DNA from: Methanobacteriota archaeon
GTDB taxonomy: Archaea > Methanobacteriota > Methanobacteria > Methanobacteriales > Methanobacteriaceae
Direction of reading: 5' to 3'
DNA: 64,000 bases
Assembly: GCA_963787255.1 (NCBI GenBank)
Contig: CAWBCJ010000001.1
Coordinates: forward strand, 1-64,000
Shown here piece after piece: positions 44,866 to 56,358 of this stretch. A program made the translations under genes and the position numbers. Within the stretch, counting starts at the first letter, position 1; the number at the start of each line of letters is the position of its first letter. The notes beneath the pieces are model-generated. The model was not told the DNA's origin. It was given only the letters and a program-made list of their open reading frames with translations, and searched no databases.

Positions 44866-46255
44866 TTATTTTTTGCGATAACGGTTTTTTGACATTTTTT
44901 CTAGATCAAAAAGATTGTCTGCCTCTTCCTTAGAAAGTATTCCTTTTAAAACAGCAATATCCTTTATTGGCTGATTTGTTTCCATCGCTTCTCTTGCAAG
45001 CTCTGCAGCACCTAAATAACCTATTCGGGGTGAAAGAAACGTTGCAAGAATTGGATTTATCCCCACAACCTTTCTTAACTGTTCCTCATTGACCTTAATA
45101 CCTTCAATGCAGCGAGACTGAAAAAGTGGAAGATAATTATTTAAAATAGATATTGATTCAAGTATATTAAATGTCATAATTGGAGTCATCACATTTAAAT
45201 CAAGCTGTCCAGCCTGGGCAGCAAGGGAAACAGTAGTATCATTCCCTATGATCTGGAATGAAATCATATTAAGACACTCGGCCATTACGGGATTAACTTT
45301 TCCGGGCATAATGGATGATCCTGGCTGGACTGGAGGGAGAATAATCTCATTTAAACCTGATGTGGGGCCTGATCCCATAAGACGAAGATCATTTGCTATC
45401 TTGATAAGTTCAAGTGCAAGTTCACGAAGAGATCCTGAAAATGCGGCCATTTGAGACCGGCTTTGTAATGCTTCTAGACTGTCACGTGCAGGAACAAGTT
45501 CAAGAGATGTTAATTCAGCAAGTTTTGGGATTACATTTTCCCTGTAAAATTTAGGAGAATTTATACCCGTTCCGGTTGCAGTTCCACCTATGGCTACCTC
45601 AAGAAGATCGTTTCTCCTTTCATGTATTCTTTTTGCGGCTCGTTTAATAGCACTACCATAGGCCAGGAATTCATCACCAATGGTAACCGGCACAGCATCC
45701 ATAAGATGAGTTCGCCCTGACTTAGGTGAATAAATATTTTCGCCTTTATTTTTAAATGCATGGGCAAGGTCTAAAATAACTTTTTGAAGGTGATCTGCTT
45801 TTAAAATGATGGCAATATGTGAAGCTGTGGGGAAAGTGTCATTGCTGGATTGTGATCTGTTAACATGGTCATTGGGGCTTAAATATTCATATTCTCCTCT
45901 TTTTTTTCCTAAAATTTCAAGTGCACGGTTTGCAAGCACTTCATTGATATTCATATTAAATGAAGTACCTGCTCCTGCTTGAAAAACATCAATGGGAAAT
46001 TGATCAGCGAACATTCCCTCAATGATCTCATTTGCGGCTTTTACGATTGCTCCTCCCCGTTTCTTTATCAATTATTCCAAGTTCCATATTAGTAAGTGCT
46101 GCTGCCTTTTTCACGAGCGCATATGCCCGTATAAGCTCGGAACGCTCCTTTATGCCGCTTACAGGGAAGTTTTCCATTGCCCGGAGTGTTTGAATACCAT
46201 AATATGAGTCATCTGGGATTTCTTTTTTACCTATCGAATCCATTTCCAAGCGCAT
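44866..46255 (-). CDS. aspA: Aspartate ammonia-lyase (class II fumarase superfamily), frameshifted
   Basis: YYGIQTLRAMENF, QAGAGTSFNMN, GRTHLMDA, GSSIMPGKVNP. Confidence 0.85.
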
Positions 46256-46257
46256 CT

Positions 46258-47034
46258 TCAATCATTTCCCCAACTTTTTTTTTTATCAGTCAATTTTTTT
46301 CGGGCTTTAGCAATTGCAGTTATGGGAGGAACACCTTTAGGACATACCTGAGCACAATTTCCGGAAGAACTCACATGACCACCATCCATCTGGCATATCG
46401 CCCAATTTCAGCCTTTCAGTTTCCCTTGCTTCCCGGGGATCAATAGAGAAACGATAAAGTTTAGCTAAAGCAGCAGGCCCTAGATAATCTGGATTTACGC
46501 TATCTACCGGACATGCACCAAAACAAGCCGCACAGAGAATGCAGTTAGTATATAATTCAAGTTCAGGTACAGCAGAAGGATCCATAAGCCTTTCCTTTTA
46601 AGGAGCAGGATCCCTTGGTCTAAAAACAGGGTCCACAGCCTGGTAATATTTGAAAAATTTGGTCATATCCACAATAAGATCCTTTATTACTGGAAGATGT
46701 GGAAGTGGCTCCACTAAAATCTCTTCTTCAGGATTCCAGGGTACCGTTATCTCTTCGATTGCAGAATAAGGAACAAGATTCATTTGTAGTTCTCCTTTAA
46801 GTAGAGATGCCACTTGTGTTCGGCAGGCAAGTCTTGGAACTTTGTTAATGAGCATTGCACAGGTACCACATACAGCACCCCTACAAGAATAATGGAAAGC
46901 TAAGGAATCATCAAATTTTTCTTGAAACTGAAATAAAGCACCCAATACAGTCAATCCCGGATTTAATTCAAGTTTAAAAGAATCATAACGAGGAGAATCA
47001 TTCCCTCATTGTATCTATAGACTTTTAGTTTCAT
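46258..47034 (-). CDS. sdhB: Succinate dehydrogenase/fumarate reductase Fe-S subunit, frameshifted
   Basis: SCRGAVCGTCAM..LAC, IKDLIVD, CILCAACFGACP, LGPAAL. Confidence 0.88.
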
Positions 47035-47035
47035 T

Positions 47036-48860
47036 TTAATAAACACGCTCCTGGGGTTGGAACATTCCCAATTTAACAGGACTAAAAGAAATATCAATAT
47101 CTCCATCCTGTAAATTGTAAATAGTATGTTTTAAGAAATGCTGATCATCACGCCCTGGATAATCGGTCCGTGTATGTGAACCTCGGCTTTCTTCTCTTTT
47201 AAGGGCGCCTCTAGCAACCACTTCAGCAAGTTGAACCATGTTTTCAAGTTCAAAAAATTGGAGGAGCGCCTGATTTACACGTCGCTCTTTATTACCTATA
47301 GAGATTTGCGAAATATTTTTCTTTATTTTTTTAATTTCTGAAAGTCCTTCATTCATCTTCTCTTTATCGCGAAATATGCCAAATTTATCGAACATCATCT
47401 GTGTCATTGCATCTCTCATGCTGAAGAGATGTTCTCCTTCTTTTCTTTCAAGTATCTGCCTGATTTTTACATTCAATCTCCTTGCATTGCAATTTTTATT
47501 GGTTCTAATTCGGGCCTTGGAACATTCTGTATATCTTCAATAATTTTATCGGCCACCATTCGTCCGAAGACCACCGTTTCTAGGAGTGAATTTCCACCAA
47601 GCCGATTTGCTCCATGAACACTAATACAAGAACATTCGCCAGCAGCATATAATCCTGTAAGTGATGTTAATCCATTAATATCTACATCTATTCCACCCAT
47701 AGAGTAATGTTGGCCTGGTTGAACCGGTATAGGATCCTGTATTATATCTACACCTGCAAAATCCATAGCAATCTGCCTTATTCCCGGCAACCGTTCCATA
47801 ATACGATCAGCACCTAGATGGCGAAGATCAAGATGAACATAACCACCCGGATAACCCCGGCCTTCTGCAATTTCTTGGATGATTGCACGTGCTACAACAT
47901 CCCTGGGAGCTAGATCCATAGAATTAGGAGCATAGCGTTCCATGAAACGTTCCTCGTTACAATTAACTAAAATTCCGCCTTCGCCTCTGGCTGCTTCACT
48001 TATCAGGATGTTAGTTCCGTAAAGTGTTGTAGGATGGAACTGGACAAATTCCATATCTTTAAGTGAGGCTCCTGCTTGAAGTGCGAGTGCCTGGCCATCA
48101 CCAGTATTAATTAACGCATTTGTGGACTTGCTAAAGAGTCTCCCAAACCCTCCCGTTGCCATTAAAACCGCCTTTGAAACAAACCCATGAATCTGTCCAG
48201 TCATGATTTCAATAGCAGTACATCCAATACAATGTCCATTGTCATTTACTAGTGATGTTACAAAAAATTCCTCATAAACCGGGATATTATTATCCTGTAC
48301 GTTTTCATAGAGTGTATGAAGCGCGTTGTGCCCAGTACGGTCCGCTGCGTAGCATGTTCTGGGAAATCCTGCACCTCCAAAGGGACGCTGCGCAATTTTC
48401 CCATTTTCTAGTCTTGACCAAACGGTTCCCATATGTTCCAATTCGAAGACCGATAGGGGAGCTTCACGACACATACATGCAACAGCATCTTGATCTGCTA
48501 GATAATCCGATCCCTTTACCGTATCATATGCATGCGCTTCCCAACTATCACTAGTGCCTTCTTCACCGGAACGTTTCCTAGAGAGGCATTCATACCGCCT
48601 TGAGCTGCAACAGAATGGGATCGCAATGGATGAACTTTGGTAACTACCGCTCCATTTAGACCGGCATTTGAAACTTGCAAAGCAGCTCGAAGTCCAGTTA
48701 AACCTCCTCCAATTATAATTACATCATGATAATGAATCAATGATAAAACAGGGTCATCCGGAGTTGAAGATGTGATTTTGGTTTCTTTTAATGATGGATC
48801 TTCTGATTTTTTTAATTTAGAAGAAGATGCTAATTTACTTTTTAAAAGTGCCATTTCCAC
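47036..48860 (-). CDS. sdhA: Succinate dehydrogenase/fumarate reductase flavoprotein, frameshifted
   Basis: [53 protein letters not shown]. Confidence 0.9.
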
Positions 48861-49008
48861 TTAATCACCTAATTATATTATTTATTATTTAAAAAATATT
48901 AATTTATTGAATTTTTTTATCATTTAAATTTAAATTATCGTACGATCATAATATATAGTAAGAACAGATGCAATCTTATTAAAAATTATAAATCCTGGAG
49001 GCATTACT

Positions 49009-50763
49009 ATGGCCAAGTACCGATGCACAGTTATGTAACTATGTTTATGATGAAGAAAAAATGGGCACAAAATTCGATGAACTACCAGATAACTGGAGAT
49101 GCCCAGTCTGCAATTCTCCAAAAAGCGTATTCATAAAACTAGATACAGAAGAATTCATACCTGCAGAAAGTACAGTTTCAGACATTATGATCGAACAAAT
49201 GGCCGAATGGGGCGTTAAATACGTTTTCGGAATCCCCGGCACATCCACACTAGGCGTAATCGATGCTATTAGAAAAAATGAAAAAATAAAGTATATACAA
49301 GTAAGAAATGAACAAACAGCAGCATTTATGGCATCAGCCTACGGCAAACTCACCGGACACGTAGCCGCATGCCTAACCGTAGCAGGACCCGGAGCAACAA
49401 ACCTCACCACAGGACTATACGATGCTAAACTTAGATCACGCACCCGTACTAGCATTAACAGGCCAAGTAGAAAGACATAGAATTGGTACAGGCGCCACTC
49501 AAGAAATCGACCAGCATTCCTTCTTTGAACCCATATGCGTCTATAACAAAACAATTATGTCTAAAGAACAGTCCACAATTCTAATTACTAAAGGCATTAA
49601 ACATGCCCTAATGGAAAGAGGAGTAGCCCGCATAGGAATACCCAACGACATACAAAAATTACCCTATAAAACTAAAATTAAGGCTTTTGAAGGTAATCTT
49701 GCCAACCTAGCCGTATTACAATCCCGAACATACCTCATAAATGCAGTGCAAGTAATCGATAACTCTAAAAGACCGGTAATAATAGCAGGATTTGGAGGTA
49801 TAAGGCAAGGAGACAACATAATTGAGTTTGCAGAGAAAATAACCGCACCCATTGTCACAACATTCAGGGGAAAGGGAGTAGTAGATGAAGATCATCCCCT
49901 CTACATGGGAAGTCATGGAGCTATAGGATCTACAGACTGCCTCCGAACTTGTGCAAAAATCAGACCTCTTAATAGTTATAGGTTCCTCATTTTCAGACCA
50001 AACAATGATTCCCAAAAAAAAGATAATACAAATAGATATTGATCCAATAATGATCGCTAAAAATTATCCCGTTGAAGTAGGACTACTAGGAAACAGTGCA
50101 GAAATCATTCAAGAACTATTAAGCCTGGTAAAAGAGCGTAAAGACAATAATTACCGCGAAGAAATGAAAAAATTAAAACAAGAATGGATAAAATTACTAG
50201 AAGAAGAAATAGACGCCGACAAAACGCCAATAAGGCCCCAATACATTATTAAAACACTTAATCAACGTTTGGATGATGATGCCATAATCGCTTTGGATGT
50301 AGGAGAAAATGCATGGTGGTTTGGCCGTAACTTCTGGATGACCAAAAAACAGGAAGTGTTATTGTCTGGTTATCTGGGATCTATGGGATTTGGTCTTCCC
50401 GCTGCAATGGCAGCACAACTTACATATCCAGATCGCCAGGTAGCATGTATAACTGGAGATGGTGGTTTTGTAATGGTTATGGGAGATTTTTTAACGGCTG
50501 TAAAATATGAACTTCCTATAAAAATATTTTTACTAAATAATAAGCAACTAGGAATGATCATGCAAGAACAAAAAGTTGAAAACTACCCTAATTGGCAGAC
50601 AGAACTCCATAACTGTGAATTTTCAAAATATGCAGAAAACTGCGGCGGTGTCGGAATAAAAGTTGAAAAAGCAGAAGAATTAGAAGAAGCAGTCGATGAA
50701 GCACTTAAACTAAAAAAACCAGTTATAGTAGATATTAATACTGATCCCCAGAGATTTTTATAA
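49009..50763 (+). CDS. Rubredoxin-fused TPP enzyme (pyruvate oxidase/AHAS family), frameshifted
   Basis: [24 protein letters not shown] then [35 protein letters not shown]. Confidence 0.88.
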
Positions 50764-50809
50764 AAAAAGAAATCTAAATCATTTTTTGTGGGATAAAGGA
50801 GTGATTATA

Positions 50810-51109
50810 ATGATGGATAAATTCGAGGAAAAACTTAATGAACTGGCACAAATGAGTGAAGAAGATAAGAATAGATCTCTAGAAGAAATTAAAGGAGATT
50901 GTGTATGTCCAATTTGCCCAACTTACAATGAATGTGCAGAAAAAGCCGATGAACTAATATTCTGTATAATGGGAAAAAGTAAAAATTGTATTAGTGAAGA
51001 AAGAAGTTGTATGTGTCCTAGTTGCCCCTTTGGACAAAAGCATGGAATTGGAGTTAAATATAATTTCTATTGCATACGTGATTCAGAAATGGAACAACGA
51101 AAAAAATAA
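50810..51109 (+). CDS. DUF2769 Cys-rich protein
   Basis: CVCPICPTY..FC..GKS..CMCPSCP..FYC. Confidence 0.85.
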   Translation: MMDKFEEKLNELAQMSEEDKNRSLEEIKGDCVCPICPTYNECAEKADELIFCIMGKSKNCISEERSCMCPSCPFGQKHGIGVKYNFYCIRDSEMEQRKK

Positions 51110-51279
51110 TATGACTTAAATAGCCAATACTAAATTCTTCTATTTGAGCTGATTAGATAAATTAACTAGTCAGCTCTTAAACTAATTATAAAATAGTATT
51201 ATTTAGCTTACTGTTAAACAATCCAAAGTATAATTAAAATGCAATTTAAGTATTAATAATGTCTGTTACTTCCCACTTT

Positions 51280-51543
51280 TTATTCTAATATGTTTTCTTC
51301 TTGAAATTTTCCATTTAGTTTTTTTCCTGCTTCATATTTTGCTCTTTTTAATCCTTTTTGTAATTCAAGACTTGCATTTAGATGATCTGCCATTAATTCC
51401 CTTGCTAATTCTTCATTATTAAGTTCTTCATCTGTAGTATATCCAATAATAGCTAATAATGATTCTTGCCAATCGTTATATTCTTTTGTATCTTCAAACT
51501 CTGTTGTTATGTTATCATTACTCATAAATAATACACGCTCCAT
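51280..51543 (-). CDS. Hypothetical acidic helical protein
   Basis: 87-aa ORF with normal composition. Confidence 0.6.
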   Translation of the reverse strand: MERVLFMSNDNITTEFEDTKEYNDWQESLLAIIGYTTDEELNNEELARELMADHLNASLELQKGLKRAKYEAGKKLNGKFQEENILE

Positions 51544-51652
51544 ACATTATATTCTAAAAAAATACTTTTCTTATTCATTCCTTAAACCTTTATCCACTAA
51601 CCTGCAAATAGATAAATAACATTACTCCCCGTAATAGAGCCATTCTCACCAT

Positions 51653-52066
51653 TCATAGTCCTATCAGGCATTGTATTTCTTCTTTTTCTACAGATATTTC
51701 ATTAACTCTCTTTGGAGTTTTCTCTGGAATTCTGTTATTGAATGAGCTTAAGCGTGTTTGTACATCAAATTTAATAAGGAGGTCCATGTCTTCTTGTATG
51801 AGTTTTATCCAGTCTTCTATGTGTTCTAAATCCATTGTGGGGTTGGGGGTTGAGCTTGGATTTAGAGAATCCTCTATTATATGTTTAACAACATTTAGGC
51901 TTTGGAAGGTTTCGTTATAGAATTTATCAAATTCTTTGAAGGGGAAGATGATTAGATCTTCATTTTTTTGGAATACTCCGGGATTGTAGAAGACTGTTTC
52001 ATTATCCTGGTATTTTATGACACTTAATCTCATACTAATTTGGACCTCCTTATTAGGTGATGTCAA
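51653..52066 (-). CDS. Hypothetical protein
   Basis: GGAGG RBS before MRLSVIKY. Confidence 0.55.
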   Translation of the reverse strand: MTSPNKEVQISMRLSVIKYQDNETVFYNPGVFQKNEDLIIFPFKEFDKFYNETFQSLNVVKHIIEDSLNPSSTPNPTMDLEHIEDWIKLIQEDMDLLIKFDVQTRLSSFNNRIPEKTPKRVNEISVEKEEIQCLIGL

Positions 52067-52180
52067 TCCATTATATTGAAACTAATTATTGGTAGTGGTT
52101 GTGGTAGAGAGCGTGTGAAATCTAATACTATTTCATGAAGTGTTATAAGAAGATATAAATACTTTAAAAGTAATAAATTA

Positions 52181-52248
52181 ACTAGAATGAGTGTTACAAT
52201 TCCATAGTATTTGTCCATGGGAAAGGATCTCTTGGACGCCTCCTTTTT
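52181..52248 (+). ncRNA. Candidate sRNA, copy 2
   Basis: TATAAATA at 52154; stem GTCCA/TGGAC, CCTCC, T-tract; homolog at 43661. Confidence 0.4.
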
Positions 52249-52458
52249 ACAATATTTTTTGCCAATTCCCTAAAAGGTAATCTATAAAATGAATTATTCT
52301 CCTTATTTTGGCATGTTAATTTGCTAGTTACAACTGTTTTAGCCCCAGAAAGCCTGTAATAATATAAGACAGATATTATGAATGTAAATTAACCTTAAAA
52401 TAGTACTAAAATTATATTACTTATTACTAATAAATTATATAATAATTAGGTGTTTTAA

Positions 52459-52689
52459 ATGGATAAAAAAAATGTACCAGATACAAAAGAAAACGCCAGT
52501 AAATGCCTCTGTCCAAGCTGTCCCACATATAATGAATGCATGGATAATAATAACGAGCATCTCTACTGTTCCCGTGGAAATACTGAATGTAAATTCGATT
52601 TGATACATTGTCTTTGCGGAGAATGTCCCGTATGGAAAGAATACGGAATAAAAAGCTTTTACTACTGCAAAAGTCCATTTAAACTATAA
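52459..52689 (+). CDS. DUF2769 Cys-rich protein
   Basis: CLCPSCPTY..LYCSRG..CLCGECPV..YYC. Confidence 0.88.
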   Translation: MDKKNVPDTKENASKCLCPSCPTYNECMDNNNEHLYCSRGNTECKFDLIHCLCGECPVWKEYGIKSFYYCKSPFKL

Positions 52690-52745
52690 AAATATTGAAT
52701 TTTAGAGTTAAATATCGATTTAAAATAAATAAAGGTGGATTAATA

Positions 52746-52976
52746 ATGAATGAAATAGTTCCAAATATAGATAAAAATGCAGAAAGATGTCTTTGCCCCG
52801 AATGTCCAACTCATAATGAATGCATGAAGAGCAATAAAGAGAAATTTTTCTGTTCTCGTGGAAATACTGAATGCGATATTGAAAAGCATGGATGTTTGTG
52901 TGGTAGTTGTCCAGTGTGGGCTGAATATGGACTGGATGATTGGTACTATTGTGAAATAGGACCTGCCCAAAAATAA
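52746..52976 (+). CDS. DUF2769 Cys-rich protein
   Basis: CLCPECPTH..FFCSRG..CLCGSCPV..YYC. Confidence 0.88.
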   Translation: MNEIVPNIDKNAERCLCPECPTHNECMKSNKEKFFCSRGNTECDIEKHGCLCGSCPVWAEYGLDDWYYCEIGPAQK

Positions 52977-53017
52977 AAACATTATATTATTATAAAATTT
53001 TTTTGGGGATGATTAAA

Positions 53018-53281
53018 ATGAGCGAAAAAAAAGTTGTGCCAGATACAAAAGAAAATGCTGATAGATGCCGCTGTCCCCAGTGTCCGGTATATAATGAATG
53101 CATGAAGGACAATGAAGAGAAATTTTTCTGTTCTCGTGGAAGTTCCGGATGCAGTTTTGAAAAAAGGGGATGTTTGTGTCTGCATTGTCCCAATGAAATT
53201 GAGTATAGGCTGAATAGTTTTGTTTACTGTGAAAAAGGTGCTGCTACAGAAAAGAATGTTGCTACTAAAACTTTAAAATAA
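53018..53281 (+). CDS. DUF2769 Cys-rich protein
   Basis: CRCPQCPVY..FFCSRG..CLCLHCP..VYC. Confidence 0.88.
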   Translation: MSEKKVVPDTKENADRCRCPQCPVYNECMKDNEEKFFCSRGSSGCSFEKRGCLCLHCPNEIEYRLNSFVYCEKGAATEKNVATKTLK

Positions 53282-53369
53282 ATATTTTTTTTTATTAATT
53301 TTTTCAAAATATATATTAACTTTTGTCTACATAAAAATAATAAAATATAAAAACTGGAGGTAATCTAAT

Positions 53370-53789
53370 ATGGCCAAAGGAGATGTTTATAAAGTTTTAA
53401 CAGAAGATCACGAAAATGTTAAGGAATTATTAAGGGAGACAATTGAAACTGGAAATACTTCTAAATTTCCAGAATTAAAAAAACAATTAGAAGCACATAT
53501 GACCGGTGAAGAAAGCTTCCTATATCCGCCAATGGAATTTGTAGAAGAAGAAATGGTTAAAAAGAATAGATATGAACATGAACTCGTCTGGGGAAAGCTT
53601 TTATATTTGGATAATTCCCAAGGTGATAAAGATTGGATGATGAATCTAAAAGAACTTAACGATATAATTTTAAAACATGTCGAACGTGAAGAAAATGCAC
53701 TTTTCCCTAAAGCATCTGAAGTATTAAGTGCAGAAGCAGAAGAAGACATTATGAAATTAATAGAAGAAACAAAAGCAGAAAACATCTAA
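53370..53789 (+). CDS. Hemerythrin/HHE domain protein
   Basis: EDH, HMTGEESFLYP, EH, HVEREENALFP. Confidence 0.88.
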   Translation: MAKGDVYKVLTEDHENVKELLRETIETGNTSKFPELKKQLEAHMTGEESFLYPPMEFVEEEMVKKNRYEHELVWGKLLYLDNSQGDKDWMMNLKELNDIILKHVEREENALFPKASEVLSAEAEEDIMKLIEETKAENI

Positions 53790-54004
53790 AAACATATAAT
53801 CATTTTTTTTAAGCAACATAGAATAAATTTAATCTTCTTTTTTTTTCATCCCACAAAAAAGAGTAATTCAAAAAAAATGGGCATTAACTTAGTTACCACA
53901 CATATATCCACAATTAGCGTCAAAGAATTATATTATAATCTTAATAATCCCCTTTGAACCCCATTTTATTTTATCAAACCATTCAACCTAAATATTCCAC
54001 CATT

Positions 54005-54562
54005 TTATTGGAATATTTGAGAACTAAATTTATAAATTTTAACGTCTGGATAAATCCAGCAATCGGCCGTAAGACCCGCTTTTACACATGTATTGTATAA
54101 AAACTCCTCAACATTCCATCCCCATTCTACAGCAACTTGAGGTAATAAAAGACCTTTGTAAGGCCCTCTTTCTATAATCAGCCCATCTTCACCTATTTTA
54201 ATCTTTTCCATATATTCTTCAGGCTTTTTAGCTTCTATAAGCACCGGTTTAGTAAGTACACTAACTTCTATTTCAAGATCATCCAACTCATTAATCGTTA
54301 CAGGTGAAAATCGCGGATCATTAACTGCTGCAGAGATAGCAACATCAATCACAGCTTTAACCAGAGGTTCTATAGGTTCTGGATATCCTATACATCCCCT
54401 GAGCAGACCATCTTTATTAAGAGTTACAAATACGCCCAATTCTTCCTTTAAACTATCGGGTGTGTTTTCAGGAACTTTCAATTTCTTTTTTTCTTTAATA
54501 AAAGTTTCAATAGTTTCCCGTGCAAGTTTTACCAAAAATTTTCCATCTTCTTCAGACAACAT
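54005..54562 (-). CDS. AMMECR1 family protein
   Basis: GVFVTL..LRGCIG, DPRF, GLLLPQV. Confidence 0.93.
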   Translation of the reverse strand: MLSEEDGKFLVKLARETIETFIKEKKKLKVPENTPDSLKEELGVFVTLNKDGLLRGCIGYPEPIEPLVKAVIDVAISAAVNDPRFSPVTINELDDLEIEVSVLTKPVLIEAKKPEEYMEKIKIGEDGLIIERGPYKGLLLPQVAVEWGWNVEEFLYNTCVKAGLTADCWIYPDVKIYKFSSQIFQ

Positions 54563-54645
54563 AAATAACGTTTACCCCTATTCTTTTTTTTCTAATTAAA
54601 TTCAAGCTTTATAAATCCGTTTAAATAACACGAAATATATCTTTT

Positions 54646-56019
54646 TTACATTACGCCGCCGACTGTTGCTTCGCTAACCCTTATATGCGGCCCCCCATCT
54701 CCAACTGGAGCTGTTTGACCTCCTTTACCACAGAATCCAATGCCCATTTTAAAGTCACTGCCTACTGCATCAACATGATTAAGAATTTCAAGAATATTTC
54801 CAGACAATGAAACATCCCTTAAAGGTGCTTTAATTTCACCATTTTCTACTATAAACGATTCTGCAGCATTGAATTGGAATATACCCTTCCCAGTATCTAC
54901 CTGCCCACCGCGGGAGCCTTTAAGATAAATTCCATCTTTAATATCTTCAATTATTTCTTCAAATTCTAAATTTCCAGGTTTAAGGTAAGTATTACTCATT
55001 CTTACAATAGGCTGATCACCCACCTTGGATCGGGCATTTCCTGATGAAGACATCCCAAATTTCGCTGCAGTCTCTCTTGAACTTAAAAGAGATATTAATT
55101 TACCATTTTCTACAAGCACGTTTTCAGCGGTCCCCACTCCTTCAGCATCATATGCATAATATCCAAAGGCATCCATACTAGCATCATCAATAATAGTTAC
55201 GAGATTTGATCCAATTTGAGTTCCCATTTTACCTTTAAGTATTGAATCATTTTGTAAAATTAGATCAGCTTCAGATGCATGGCCTAATGCTTCATGAATA
55301 AATACTCCAGTAAGTTCTGGATCCATTATCACGGGAAACTTTCCTGAAGGTGGAGAAGTTGCATTTAATAATCGGACAGCCTTCTCTGCTGCTTTTCTTC
55401 CAAATTTTTCAATATCTTCTTTTTGAAGCACTTCAAATCCGCGTGCTCCTCCAGTACTACCGTGTCCAAATTGAATTACATTTTCATTTGATGCTACTGC
55501 ATTTAGAAACATTCCCACTCTTGATTCTTCGCTGGTAATTGAAGTTCCTTCAGTGCTTAAAAATGCTCCAATTCCTTCTGCATCAACATAGCTAACGGTA
55601 GTGCTCACAATTTTTTCAATTGTTGCTGCATGATTAGCTTCAGTCATGATTTCCTTCTTATCTTCAATAGAAACATTCGAAGGGATTATTTTAGCCTTTG
55701 ATTTAACTTTATCTACTCGTGGTTCAATAGCAGCAAGTTCAACATCACTTTTAAGGGAGTTAACCAGTTTAAGCGCAGTTTCCACCATTTCATCCATTTT
55801 AGAAACTTGAGTTGTAAATGCTGATCCCCATGCACCGTCTTTTAATATTCTGATAGCACTTCCAAAATCAGATCCTGACCTAATTTCTTGAATTTTCCCA
55901 TCTTTCATTATAATAGATGTATTTTGGCTATCGCTTACTCTTATATCTGCATAATCCACTTTATTCTCAATTTTTGTCAGCATTGATTGAAATAAGTCAA
56001 GATCAATTTGATTTGTCAT
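54646..56019 (-). CDS. tldD: TldD metalloprotease
   Basis: [29 protein letters not shown]. Confidence 0.93.
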   Translation of the reverse strand: MTNQIDLDLFQSMLTKIENKVDYADIRVSDSQNTSIIMKDGKIQEIRSGSDFGSAIRILKDGAWGSAFTTQVSKMDEMVETALKLVNSLKSDVELAAIEPRVDKVKSKAKIIPSNVSIEDKKEIMTEANHAATIEKIVSTTVSYVDAEGIGAFLSTEGTSITSEESRVGMFLNAVASNENVIQFGHGSTGGARGFEVLQKEDIEKFGRKAAEKAVRLLNATSPPSGKFPVIMDPELTGVFIHEALGHASEADLILQNDSILKGKMGTQIGSNLVTIIDDASMDAFGYYAYDAEGVGTAENVLVENGKLISLLSSRETAAKFGMSSSGNARSKVGDQPIVRMSNTYLKPGNLEFEEIIEDIKDGIYLKGSRGGQVDTGKGIFQFNAAESFIVENGEIKAPLRDVSLSGNILEILNHVDAVGSDFKMGIGFCGKGGQTAPVGDGGPHIRVSEATVGGVM

Positions 56020-56358
56020 AATAATCTCCCTTTTTTTAGCTCAAATGTTAATCAATTATTATAATTTTTCAGCCATTTTTAAAACAGTAATATTCTTTTA
56101 TACTAAATATGATCTTAATGCAATATAAATCGTTTATAAGACTTTTTTCATAAACTGACCACAAAGGTAATACATCTTGAAATTCACGTTAATTTATCTA
56201 GTTATAGTTATAATATTAAATTAGCTAGCACGGCAATTTAATGCAGTATATACATATAGTTAAGTAAAAATTATATAATTAGAAATGATATTAATATAAA
56301 TTTAAAGATAATAATATTTAATTATTTTTTTTGGAAATACGGCACCGGAAGTGAATAA

